Shown here: positions 49,619 to 60,019 of the stretch, one piece after another
How positions within the stretch are numbered: position 1 is the stretch's first letter
How the letters are laid out: every line of letters begins with the position of its first letter
NCBI GenBank assembly: GCA_050012255.1
Contig: JBEKHN010000001.1
Location: forward strand, 320,001-384,000
Reading direction: 5' to 3'
Source: Candidatus Bathyarchaeia archaeon
Lineage (GTDB): Archaea > Thermoproteota > Bathyarchaeia > Bathyarchaeales > Bathycorpusculaceae
DNA: 64,000 bases
Made by a program: the position numbers and the translations under genes
The notes under the pieces: model-generated
Databases searched by the model: none
The model's input: the letters and a program-made list of their open reading frames with translations, nothing else
Told to the model about the DNA's origin: nothing

Positions 49619-49750
49619 ATGAGTGAAAAACTTCTTCAAGAGATCAGAGATGAACTTCGCAAATCCAATTCAACTCTGAGCAAGATGTTGGAGGGATTTG
49701 AAGAATACGTGGAGTTTAGGAAAAAACAAAGCCGATTAACAACCAAATGA
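49619..49750 (+). CDS. 43-aa helical microprotein
   Basis: TTATAAA at about 49560, GAGGTGA RBS, MSEKLLQEIRDELRK... amphipathic helix. Confidence 0.5.
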   Translation: MSEKLLQEIRDELRKSNSTLSKMLEGFEEYVEFRKKQSRLTTK

Positions 49751-49975
49751 GATAAAGTGCCAGCATATTGCCAACCGACGGATAGAAGCTTCAAAGGTGT
49801 ATTCTCTAGAGTCAGAAACGTCTGATGTAAAGAACGCCTATAACTAGGACACTTTTTTTACGCTTGTGTAACCAGATAGATTTGAGGTGAACGATACGCC
49901 AGGCATTGAAAGGTTGATCGATATTGGGAACAAAGTAGATTCAAAGGCACTTTTACGAAACATAGCACGTGCGCT

Positions 49976-50646
49976 TAAAAACCCCAAAACCAAAATCCTC
50001 AGAGAAAACATTCGCGAGATGCATAATAGAACCTGGTAAGAGCCACCTGACTTTAAGAACGATCACCACCTCAGTGGACCTGAATTTCACTAGCCTAGGT
50101 TTGCCTTTCTGGATAAACAGGGGACGCGAAGCGATAGATTCCCCGAGAGGCGATACGATGAGTGGATTCTACGACGTTTCCAAAGTCGAAGGTTCACTTG
50201 AGCATGATGCGGAGAAACAAGGGATAAGTGGTGTGGGTGTCGACGAGCATCTGATGTCATTCACCCCGCCTGAACGTTTCTGGAAGAGGATAGACGGAGT
50301 TTTTTCTGCACTGACGAGGTCTACTGTGCGTTGTGGTATCTGGAAAATGAAATAGACGCAAGGGGATTCGAGTACAAGGATGGCGCGGTTTTCATCCGTG
50401 CGACTAGAGAATACTTGATACTAATCGATTTCAAGATCGAATACTTGATTTGACGACCTCAAGCAGTTTCCCATAAAGATTCGCATCTTAGCAGATACAA
50501 CAAAAGGAAAGTTGAACGCAGTGGCACGGGCTATGGCTGAGACAGAAAAGCAATTGGCGCTCAAGATCATCGATGGCCAGTTTGTTTTTAAAGACGGAAG
50601 AAAATTAAGGCTAACAAATGGATATGGTCAGCACGCTTTACATTGA
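49976..50646 (+). pseudogene. 5'-truncated, frameshifted paralog of 48355..49458
   Basis: Collinear from KP.SS..TFAR to NGYGQHALH*. Frameshifts near 50300 and 50448; begins right after TAGCACGTGCGCT (49963-49975). Confidence 0.9.
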
Positions 50647-50844
50647 AAGCTGTGCCATTAAGTGAATAAAGATTGGTGTTTAGTCTTCATGATTTTCTTT
50701 ATGTTTTTTCACTTCCTATTTCATCAATTCAAAGAAAAGGTTGATGCCAATCGCGCGCGCTCGACGCCTTTTACACAAGCTGGAACTAATGAATCCTTAT
50801 AAAGAACGTTGATCTTCAGTGAAAATAATGTTCGCGTGAAAGAA

Positions 50845-52332
50845 ATGACAAGCATCAAAACTTTGCTGATTAATGTCCAAGGTCCTTCAACATATCCCCA
50901 TTTGGGATGTGCCCATCTACTGTCTTCTTTGAAATCAGCAGGACATGAGGTAGACTTTTTGGATCTTGCATTTGTCAAAGATGCTAGACAAGGACGAAGA
51001 AAATTGCTGGAGAAGTTGTCTAGCAATCAATTTTCCCTTGTTGGTTTCTCTCTAAATGAGAAAGAAGAAAGCTATAAAATGGCATTTGATCTTGCAAAGA
51101 ATACAAAAACTTCTTATGGTCTCCCCGTTATTTTTGGAGGTGCGCTTTTCGGACACCCAGAACTATGTGTCGAATATCTTTCACTGCCCTTTGTCGACTT
51201 CGTCGCAAGTGGAGATGGGGAACTAACACTTCCCCGCTTAGTTGAGGCTCTGAACCGCCCGAAACTAGAGGAAGTACCAGGGCTTTGGAGAAAAACAAAG
51301 AACGGAAAAATCATCGCGCCTCGAACAGAAAGCTCTATTGAAGATCTTGATTCTGTCCCCTATCCTTGCTATGACGACTTCAACCTGCAGGAATATTCCC
51401 CTGCTCTTCCCATCTTGACCAGTAGAGGTTGCCCATGGGGAAAATGTAGATTTTGCAATGATATTGCTGGGGCAGCTTGTCATTTCACATATAGAGAAAG
51501 ATCCGCTGAAAATGTCTTTGCAGAACTGAGTTACCTTAAACGCAAATACTCTTCAGTAAAGATCTTCCCTTGGAACGATCAGATGATATGCTTTAATCTT
51601 ACTAGACTTAGGGAAATTTGTGACTTGATACGTGAGTCGGATCTTGAGATTTTCTGGGCTGGAGGAATCTATTCTATGCCCGGTCTAGGCAGGGAAGTAT
51701 TTCAAGACATGTTTTCGGCTGGTTGTCGCGCAATTAGCTTTGGCGTTGAGAGTGGAAGTCAAAGGATCTTATGGAGGATGCTCAAGGGGACAACAGTGAA
51801 AACGAACGAACGAATCATTAAAGATGCGAATAGGGCTGGCTTGAAGGTTCGCACAGGTTTCATAGTTGAGTACCCAGGTGAAACACGTGAGGATGTAGAG
51901 AAAACTATTGCTTTCCTGAGAAAAACAATTGACTACATAGATAGTGTGACAATTAGCCCTTTCTCGTTGAGACTTGGTTCGCATATTCAGCGACACATAG
52001 AAGAGTACGTACCCGCAGGTCTTCTTCGCGACATCAAGCGGCCTCCATTCACCACAAAGTTTGCCTATCCAGTGAAATTGAAGAGAGAACACGTAGAGAG
52101 TGTTCAAAGGCTTGAGGAATTTGTAGAAGATGCAGGGAAACAAAGGGAACTCACTGTTTGCGGCTATAATGTTGCATACTTCCAGTCTAGAGATGGGTTG
52201 AGATCCGCCCTGCGGCCGATGTATGCTCGGGGTATTCGTATATGGAGGCATTCCTTCAAATCCATGGGGTATTTGTATGTGCAGAGACTCCTTCGGAGGT
52301 ATTATCGAATGCGCTCGCGCGTTCGCTTGTGA
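50845..52332 (+). CDS. B12-binding radical SAM enzyme (class B methyltransferase-like)
   Basis: PHLG..L.S.L...GH cobalamin-binding domain, GDGE, TSRGCPWGKCRFC, GVESGS..IL..M.KG, PGET.ED. Confidence 0.9.
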   Translation: MTSIKTLLINVQGPSTYPHLGCAHLLSSLKSAGHEVDFLDLAFVKDARQGRRKLLEKLSSNQFSLVGFSLNEKEESYKMAFDLAKNTKTSYGLPVIFGGALFGHPELCVEYLSLPFVDFVASGDGELTLPRLVEALNRPKLEEVPGLWRKTKNGKIIAPRTESSIEDLDSVPYPCYDDFNLQEYSPALPILTSRGCPWGKCRFCNDIAGAACHFTYRERSAENVFAELSYLKRKYSSVKIFPWNDQMICFNLTRLREICDLIRESDLEIFWAGGIYSMPGLGREVFQDMFSAGCRAISFGVESGSQRILWRMLKGTTVKTNERIIKDANRAGLKVRTGFIVEYPGETREDVEKTIAFLRKTIDYIDSVTISPFSLRLGSHIQRHIEEYVPAGLLRDIKRPPFTTKFAYPVKLKREHVESVQRLEEFVEDAGKQRELTVCGYNVAYFQSRDGLRSALRPMYARGIRIWRHSFKSMGYLYVQRLLRRYYRMRSRVRL

Positions 52333-52710
52333 GCGCGAGCTGCGCTAAGCTTTCATACTTTCCGGCGCTCAAAAAGCAAATACCTTGCGCACACCCCTTT
52401 TTATGTTTTGCATGAAACTGTCTTCGGAACCACGGGTTACTCAATCGACAATGATCTTCAGTTCGGGAATCTCCCTTTTTATTGAAGCCCCTGTCGCGCT
52501 TAGGACTGGACGAAGAACTTTCAACTGATACGTCTTTCAGACCGACGATGACTTCAGCAGGAACACATCTTGTTGACTGTGGTGCAGCTTCGACATTTAT
52601 TGGCAACGTTGAGCGACTTCCATTAACCACAGCATTCACCTGTCAAATGAAGTTGAAGAAAGGGCACGGGGAGCGTATTGAAAGGCTCAAGGAATTGGTA
52701 GCGCGCGCTA

Positions 52711-53310
52711 AATTTGAATACTCCTTCATTATTACATTATTATATTCATTATGCATACTTCTGTCAATTCATGGACTTTGATTCAATTGATACGATGATG
52801 GAGATTGGAAGCGGCTCAGGAAAACAAATCGAAGTCATAAGAAAGCTTCACCCAGATGTTTGCTTTTATGTAATTGATGTACCACCGCAACTATATGTAT
52901 GTGAACAGTACTTGTCTGTCTTGTTCCCTGATTCAGTAGTCTCGTACAGAAGAACACGAACAATGAAAATCATTCCTGAGGAACGTCAGGGAAAAGTGTT
53001 CATTATCGGAAATTGGAAAATCCCTGAATTGGCAAGTTTGAACTATGACTTATTTTGGACTAGCGCAAGCTTCCAAGAAATGGAACCTGATATTGTATTA
53101 AACTACCTGAAATATGTAAACCAACAAGTGAACAAGTATGTGTTTCTTTGTGAAGTAATGGAAGGGCAACAGCTTGCCAATGTGAAAGGTGAATACGGAG
53201 TTCTCGAACGGACAAAGCTTGAGCATTACAGAATAGGACTTCGAGATTTTAGACTTCAAGATTTGTCGAGAGCTGTCTTTCCTAGCTACATATCGCGTGC
53301 GCCACTATAG
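52711..53310 (+). pseudogene. Internal/3' fragment of a putative sugar O-methyltransferase
   Basis: EIGSGSG, YVIDVPPQL...YL...FP, DLF....SFQEM....V.NYL. The N-terminal region is absent and the fragment starts at the motif 52697-52712. Confidence 0.75.
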
Positions 53311-53463
53311 TTTTTCGTTTCGGTTCAGAAAACAATCGAAATATCCTCCTCAAGTAAGTGTAAGATGCGCGCGGTGATCAACATTCTCACATTTCAGTTT
53401 GAACGGCCTAGACTAAGAGGTAACTATAAGAACTGTGTATGCAACATAAGAATCGTGGTCAAT

Positions 53464-56178
53464 TTGCGTAGAGAGTTTCCTATTTTCGTTACCTTTCTTC
53501 TCTTGATAGGTACAACTGGATGTATAGTTCACCCCAGTATGCTCAATGTGCCTGCTACTAATAGTCACATTATAGACTTTCCAATATTTCCGGAAGATGA
53601 AGAGCCTAAATTGCTGACTAAGCCTGATCTATCTCAAGAATGGCTTTGGTTAAGTGCAAAATGTTGGGATACAAGAGGAGAAGACGTGCTAATTGTGCTG
53701 TCCGTTGCCAAGCAATTTGCGTACCTTTTACTCCGTATAGAAGGTAGACAAGGGAGGATAGATTTCGATATTACAGAGTCTAGTTATGAAAATGGATTTT
53801 TAACAGTAGGCACAACATATCCACGTCTTGTATTTGACCTACACAACCCTCACAGATGGACTGTTTATATTGATGAAAATAGGACACTTGTAGTAGAACA
53901 GACCTATCGTGGCGCACCTTTATGGTACTGTAAAACTACGGACGCCAAGGATATGCTTAGAATAACCAATTCCTCGTTTTTTGGAGGCTATGACGGTCCG
54001 TCCTCGATAACTGGCTATTACACAGAAGGAGAGGAAACAATCAACTTTTCAGGATATGGCATATACGAACATACATGGCTTTATGGCGAACAGGGCGCTT
54101 GGATTGGAGCCGACGCCAGATGGATGTTTTTCCATGATGACCTATGGTATGGCATCGTGGTGCTCACAACCGACACCAAAACAGACGAAATTTTGACGAG
54201 GACTGGACGCCTTGCCATTGAAGGCGATCCCTCCAAAGTATATAGATTTGATGATTTTGAGTGGCAGGATGATGGGAAACAATACCCCACAGCAATTAGG
54301 ATTTATGGAAATTACACCGACTTACAGGGTAATTATGTTGGACAAGTTGATTTATCTTCTTCAACTTATACTTATTTTGGCATTTGGTTGGTGACCGATT
54401 TTGCTGGTGTAATTGGTGATGCTTTATTTGATGGTTTTAGTTGGAGCGAAATTCATAAGCCTTCACGCGCGCCGTGCATTGGCGACATCAACGGCGACGG
54501 TGTTGTTGACATTTTTGACGCAATAATCTTGAGCAATGCCTTCAACAGTGTGCCCACCAGTCCTAGCTGGAATCCCAACGCAGACCTAAACAATGACGGC
54601 AAAGTGGACATTTACGATGCCTTGATATTCTCGAACAATTGGAACGCCCAATCGGAAATTAACCAAGGTGAAATCCTCAATTACTTGGATTATAATTTGA
54701 ACCATCGTCAAGAGATAGGGTTGTTAGATTTCGTATTTACGCTTGACAGCTACGACATGCTTGGGATAGAAATTCCAAACAGAACTCAGACAATAGAATA
54801 TCTGAATAGCATACAATCAGACGAGGGAACTTGGCTGACTGGGCAAAATCATTATGTTCCGATAACGGCTCAGGTTCTGATGTTTTACAATAGATCAGGA
54901 GTAAAGCCGGCAAAATCTCTGGAACCTTTCTTCTCAACTATCGATACTTGGGAAGAGGTCGTTAAACACGTTCAAACCTACGACTCAGGGAACATTTGGG
55001 GTGGACTATGGGGATATGTCACATGCTATGTTGTTTATAAGGGAGAGAGCCCTCCTTGGACGAAAGAATTTTTGGACGCAGCAAATAGCCACTTTGACAC
55101 GTGGGCTTACGATAATCATCAAAGAACGCATCTTATAATGAATCTCTTTCAATTGGGTGCATCTGTCCCAAGAATCAATGATGTTTTGAACATTGCGCTA
55201 AATCAGCAGAAAGGAGATGGCAGCTGGGACTCCTCTTTACCAGAAACGGCTTTCATGGCAGGAGCCTTGCAACTAATAAGAAACCAGACAACCGTTGACC
55301 AAACTTTGATAGACTCTGCTATTCAAGGGTCTATCAACTTTACTGAAGGCTGTTACAGAAGGATTGAATCTGGCGGTAAATTTTATGCAGGTTTCGCATC
55401 CAATCTCACTGAACAGAATCCTAATCCTTGGGCAACTGGACTGGGCATATACTCGTCTTTGAATCCTGAAAGCGACGTTTGGCTAAGATGGTTTGCACGT
55501 GTGCATGGAAGCTTCGTGTATTTTCCGGAAAAGCCAATAGTCAACGAGCAGATAGACTTCAACGCGTCAGCCAGCTACTCACCAGGAGGAAACGTAACAA
55601 GCTACGAATGGAACTTTAACGACGGTAACACTGCAAAAGTAACGGTGCCTATGATGAACCACACTTATGCTCTGCCAGGGAACTACGCTGTAACTCTAAA
55701 CGTGACGGACGACAACAACCTATGGAACATGACGACAAAAACAATAAGAGTGTATTCTGAGCGCGTTTATACGTTCAGTGTTTCATGGCAGGGCTTGAAT
55801 TATACGATAATCGCTTTGAGCAACTCGACTGTAGCGAACTTCAATTTCAATTATTCGTTGAAACAAATAAGTTTCAACGTGACAGGCTTATTTGGCACAA
55901 TGGGCTACTGTAACGTTTCCATTCCGAAAACATTTATGTCGTGCGATTTTCCAAGCCAATGGAACGTGAGTGTTGACGGCTCTCCAATAGACGATCTTAG
56001 GGTCACAGAGGATACCAACACATACTTGTTCTTCACCTATGGTCACTCTACGCATGAGATAATTGTTGTGGCTGTTAATGTTGTGCCAGAATTTCCATCG
56101 GTCGTAGCCCTGCTCTCGATTTTGATGGTTGTCTCGCTCGGTTATGTCGCCGCAACAAGAAGACATCCGAGAGATTAG
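53464..56178 (+). CDS. Chimeric surface protein: signal, CrtC/AttH-like barrel, dockerin, prenyltransferase-like alpha/alpha barrel, PKD, PEF-CTERM
   Basis: QEWLW..G.GIYEH.W; GDINGDGVVDIFD...ADLNNDGKVDIYD; Q..DGSW repeats; FNASASYSP.G....Y.W.F.DG; VVPEFP+TM+RR. Confidence 0.82.
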   Translation: MRREFPIFVTFLLLIGTTGCIVHPSMLNVPATNSHIIDFPIFPEDEEPKLLTKPDLSQEWLWLSAKCWDTRGEDVLIVLSVAKQFAYLLLRIEGRQGRIDFDITESSYENGFLTVGTTYPRLVFDLHNPHRWTVYIDENRTLVVEQTYRGAPLWYCKTTDAKDMLRITNSSFFGGYDGPSSITGYYTEGEETINFSGYGIYEHTWLYGEQGAWIGADARWMFFHDDLWYGIVVLTTDTKTDEILTRTGRLAIEGDPSKVYRFDDFEWQDDGKQYPTAIRIYGNYTDLQGNYVGQVDLSSSTYTYFGIWLVTDFAGVIGDALFDGFSWSEIHKPSRAPCIGDINGDGVVDIFDAIILSNAFNSVPTSPSWNPNADLNNDGKVDIYDALIFSNNWNAQSEINQGEILNYLDYNLNHRQEIGLLDFVFTLDSYDMLGIEIPNRTQTIEYLNSIQSDEGTWLTGQNHYVPITAQVLMFYNRSGVKPAKSLEPFFSTIDTWEEVVKHVQTYDSGNIWGGLWGYVTCYVVYKGESPPWTKEFLDAANSHFDTWAYDNHQRTHLIMNLFQLGASVPRINDVLNIALNQQKGDGSWDSSLPETAFMAGALQLIRNQTTVDQTLIDSAIQGSINFTEGCYRRIESGGKFYAGFASNLTEQNPNPWATGLGIYSSLNPESDVWLRWFARVHGSFVYFPEKPIVNEQIDFNASASYSPGGNVTSYEWNFNDGNTAKVTVPMMNHTYALPGNYAVTLNVTDDNNLWNMTTKTIRVYSERVYTFSVSWQGLNYTIIALSNSTVANFNFNYSLKQISFNVTGLFGTMGYCNVSIPKTFMSCDFPSQWNVSVDGSPIDDLRVTEDTNTYLFFTYGHSTHEIIVVAVNVVPEFPSVVALLSILMVVSLGYVAATRRHPRD

Positions 56179-56195
56179 GAAGGAGACGAAATCGT

Positions 56196-57086
56196 TTGAA
56201 AAAAGGTGAAGTCACACGATACGTTGGCGGTTTGCTTGCTTTGGTGGATGTTCTCGGATGGCAAAAGTGGTTCGGAGCAGCTGTCCTGGGGTTTGCTTTT
56301 GCACTTGGCTTAAGCAGCAGTTGTTCGCTGCTTCAATTTCAAGGATTGGTTGTCGCAATTCCACTGATTCTGTGTTATATTCAATCTGTCAACGATTGTT
56401 TTGACGTGGAAATAGACAAGATGAAGGAGAAAATCATGGGGAAGGAGCTGATAGTTTCAAACATAATTTCGAGAAAGATGGCGTTGGTGATGACTTTCTC
56501 GTTTCTCCTGGTTGGGCTTGTGTCCGCCGGATTTGCTTCTGTGAGTCTTTTTATAGTTGCATCTGCGATGGCATTGTTGGGGACGCTTTATTCGGTTCCC
56601 CCTTTCAGGCTCAAGATGAAGTATCCGTTCTCCACCTTGATACAATTCGCAGGCTGCTTTTTGCCTTTCCTCGCCGGCGTTGCTTCCATAAACTCCGTAA
56701 CGCTCCAAGCATTAATATTATCTTCAATCTTTGCAGTTCTGGCCATGATTCATAGGTTTGCCCACGAGATCAAAAACTACAAAGCCGATCTCGTGACAGG
56801 AAAAGAAACCGTGGCAGTCAGGAAGGGGTTAGAAACCACGACAAAGCTTTTCAGATTGTCCGCAATGCTCGGAGTGGTCGAGTATGCTGCTTTCTTTGTT
56901 CTAGGCTGGTTCAATACAGTTTCACTGTTCCTTTTTGTCCTTTATCTAGCCCTCATCATCGCACCCTAGGTTTGGCTCCGCCACATGCCTGAGCGTTTGA
57001 AAACGGTGTTCAGTCGTATAATAGTATTCTCCAGTTTCATTCTGCTGCTTGCCGTCCTTCTGTTGTATGGGAAGATTCTGGTTTGA
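56196..57086 (+). pseudogene. UbiA-family prenyltransferase with an in-frame TAG at 56967-56969 (last TM helix lies beyond the stop)
   Basis: NDCFDVEID, YSVPPFRLK, D...GK.T.AV..G. The frame continues 38 codons, including a hydrophobic helix, to TGA at 57084-57086. Confidence 0.75.
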
Positions 57087-57904
57087 TCGAATCTCTTTTC
57101 CCAACATCCAACACGGCTAGGCGTGCCGAAACTAATAGTACAGCGGCGGGTATGAAAGCAATGTGCACGGTGGTATATCATTTCGGTAATGGAATCGTTG
57201 CCTGCGGTTCTCCGTGCAAGATTCTTTCCACGACTTCAAGAAAGATTTCCAAGTCCATTTTGATCCTGGCTCTTTTTTCGCCTCTGATTCCATACTCGTA
57301 TCTATCCTTGGAAGTGCAGACGTTTCCTTTGAGTGGAATGACAAGGCCCCTAATATTGAATCTCCAGTGAACTGTTAAAGTGATCTTGGCCACCGTGTAT
57401 GGGCCATGCTATGGCAATTAGTCTCTTGTACTTGGCTTGCTGTTTTCAAGCAGTCTGAGTACACTGGCGTGGTCGGTCGCTATTCTGAAGTCGAAGTTGA
57501 TTCTCTTTGATTCTTTCTGCGCGCGCTTCTTTGACACAAAGATCACCCTACTGTTGATGTCGCGTGCGCCCACAGTTCTATCAACACGTGTTCTGAAACG
57601 AGCCAAGCTAGACTTGGTGGAAATGCGCGTTCCTTCCTTCGGATTTGATTATCTTCATTGATTTAACCATAATCCACTGTCCCTGAGCAAACATATCAAT
57701 GATATTTCTATGGAGGACACAATACTCACAGGGTCATAATACACTTCGCCCCATTGACGTTTTGTTCTTCTTCTCACGTGGGCAACTAATTCGGGTGGCT
57801 GGCTCTTCCTGACTCGAGAATAACTCTTAAGAGAGCCTTTCTCTTTCAAAACTCCAAGAACAAGAACACCACGTATTCTTGACAGTTCGAGGAAGAATCA
57901 TAAA

Positions 57905-60019
57905 TTGAGCAAAAGCCAAAAAACTTTCACGGTGCGCATTCCAAGGCTGACCCAAAGCGATTTATGGCTGGCGGCAAAGGCCTCCACGCTTACAGTGGCC
58001 GTTGCAGCGCTATACTACCAGGATCTGGCGCTTATCTTCAATGATGCCCTCAAAAACGACGCAACAAGCTACATACTCGTCATACCAATACTTTTAGCTT
58101 ACCTCATTTATCGCAAAAGAAAAATGCTCAGAGCAACCGTCGCGATAAGCGCGCAAGAGGAATCCAAGAAAAACTACTACGCGACACTGGGGGGGATCCT
58201 GCTTTCCTCGGCCGCAGTAATACTATACTGGTACGGAAGCTACACCTTCACCCCTTTAGAATATCACATTTTCAGCATGCCCCTACTAGTAGCAGGCCTA
58301 ACACTGGTGCTGTTCAACCCTCAAACGTTGAGACAAGCACTATTCCCAATAGTCTTCCTTTTCCTTCTGGTTCCGCCTCCATCAGAAATCCTTTACGGCT
58401 TCGGCTCGGCGCTCAGCGTGTTCAGCAGCGAAGCCTCAGCCGCCATAGTCCAACTCTTTAGAATACCGGCAACTCTGACAGGAGAATACGGGACACCAAC
58501 CATCATCATAACCCGCCCAGACAACACCACGATACCTTTTACAGTTGACATCGCCTGTTCAGGAATATACAGCATCATCGGATTTTTCGTGTTCGCCGCG
58601 TTTGTAGCGTTCATCGTGAGAGATAAAACGTGGAAAAAACTCTCAATATTCCTCATCGGTCTCCCGCTAATCTATTTCCTCAACATCGTGCGTATCACGA
58701 CTTTGCTGGCAATAGGTTATCAAGTGGGTGCAGACCTAGCGCTTCAAGTGTTCCACCTCCTGGGCGGATGGATCCTGATTTTCATAGGCACCCTCCTGCT
58801 TTTAGTAGCTTCTGAGAAGCTGTTCAAGACGCGGTTGTTCTCCCCCAGGGGAAAGAGCGAATGCCCCGAATGCGCGGCAAACATATCAAGCCATGATGAA
58901 GCGTGTTCCGCCTGTGGAAAAATCAAGAAATACCCACGGCTCGCAATCAAACGAGAAGACGTAGTCAAGATCGCAGGCATTGCAATCGTAATAGCTCTTC
59001 TCTTGTGGATCCAGATGCCTACATTCGCCTTGGCCCGCAGCCCTGCCCCTATACTCGTCACAACGTCGGAAGGCACAACGGGAAACACGGAACTCTTCCC
59101 TTCCATCAACGGCTACAACCTATCATTCGAATATCGGGACACCACATTTGAACAAGCGGCGCAACAAGACTTCTCGCTCATCTTCTTCTATACCCCGCAA
59201 GAAAGCTATAAGGTACCTGTCTGGCTGGGAGTCGAAATCGCGTCCACCACAGAGAGCCTGCATCGTTGGGAGACCTGTCTCATAACATGGCCTGAGACCC
59301 ATCAATCTCAACCACAGGTGAGGCAGCTGGAACTGAGGGACGTGAAAATCATGGACAATCCTCCAGTCACTGCTCGCTACTTCGCATTCCAGTACCTAAC
59401 AGACAATCAGACACAGCTGGTTCTCTACTGGTACGAAAACACCTTCTTCACCATAAACAACTCAACCCAACAGAAATATGTTAAGCTGAGTCTAATCACC
59501 TACCCCGACAGCCCACAAGACGTTTCAAACATAGAACTTCAGCTTCTTCCCATGGCCGAAGCAATCTCAGCCCATTGGGAACCGGTCAGAACCTGGGCCA
59601 TCGCCAGCATACTCATAAGCCAACACGGAACAGAATTGCTCGCGACGACCACCATACTCCTCATAGTGCTAGTCATGCTATACCTCAACGAAACAAAGAA
59701 GCAGTCAAACGCAAGCCTGAACGCTTATCAGAAACTCTCTAGACAGAATCAACAGCTGGTCGATGCAGTTCAAAAAAGCGAGAGACACAACATGCCAACT
59801 CTCAACAGGATTAAGCAGAACTACGAAGCAACCAGTGGCCGCAAAACTGACGCAGAAGCCTTACAGCGGAGGCTCAGTGACCTGGAAAAAACAGGCATAA
59901 TCAAAAGAGTAACTGGAACCGACCAAGACGAGCCAATCAAGACCTGGAAAACCCAAACAGACTTTTTCCTCTACAGAATATTTGGAATCAAGAACAAAGC
60001 TGCAGAAGGAAACGTATGA
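57905..60019 (+). CDS. Exosortase/archaeosortase fused to a zinc ribbon, an EpsI-like domain and a C-terminal wHTH
   Basis: Catalytic ACSG, N..RI and FH...GW; CPEC..CSAC; H.WE.C and VLYWY (EpsI-like); L..LEK.G.I wHTH. Confidence 0.88.
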   Translation: MSKSQKTFTVRIPRLTQSDLWLAAKASTLTVAVAALYYQDLALIFNDALKNDATSYILVIPILLAYLIYRKRKMLRATVAISAQEESKKNYYATLGGILLSSAAVILYWYGSYTFTPLEYHIFSMPLLVAGLTLVLFNPQTLRQALFPIVFLFLLVPPPSEILYGFGSALSVFSSEASAAIVQLFRIPATLTGEYGTPTIIITRPDNTTIPFTVDIACSGIYSIIGFFVFAAFVAFIVRDKTWKKLSIFLIGLPLIYFLNIVRITTLLAIGYQVGADLALQVFHLLGGWILIFIGTLLLLVASEKLFKTRLFSPRGKSECPECAANISSHDEACSACGKIKKYPRLAIKREDVVKIAGIAIVIALLLWIQMPTFALARSPAPILVTTSEGTTGNTELFPSINGYNLSFEYRDTTFEQAAQQDFSLIFFYTPQESYKVPVWLGVEIASTTESLHRWETCLITWPETHQSQPQVRQLELRDVKIMDNPPVTARYFAFQYLTDNQTQLVLYWYENTFFTINNSTQQKYVKLSLITYPDSPQDVSNIELQLLPMAEAISAHWEPVRTWAIASILISQHGTELLATTTILLIVLVMLYLNETKKQSNASLNAYQKLSRQNQQLVDAVQKSERHNMPTLNRIKQNYEATSGRKTDAEALQRRLSDLEKTGIIKRVTGTDQDEPIKTWKTQTDFFLYRIFGIKNKAAEGNV

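Noticed and set aside
57130-57850. Short minus-strand ORFs between UbiA and the sortase
   Set aside because: No recognisable motifs; likely scraps between junction motifs, and not supportable as genes.
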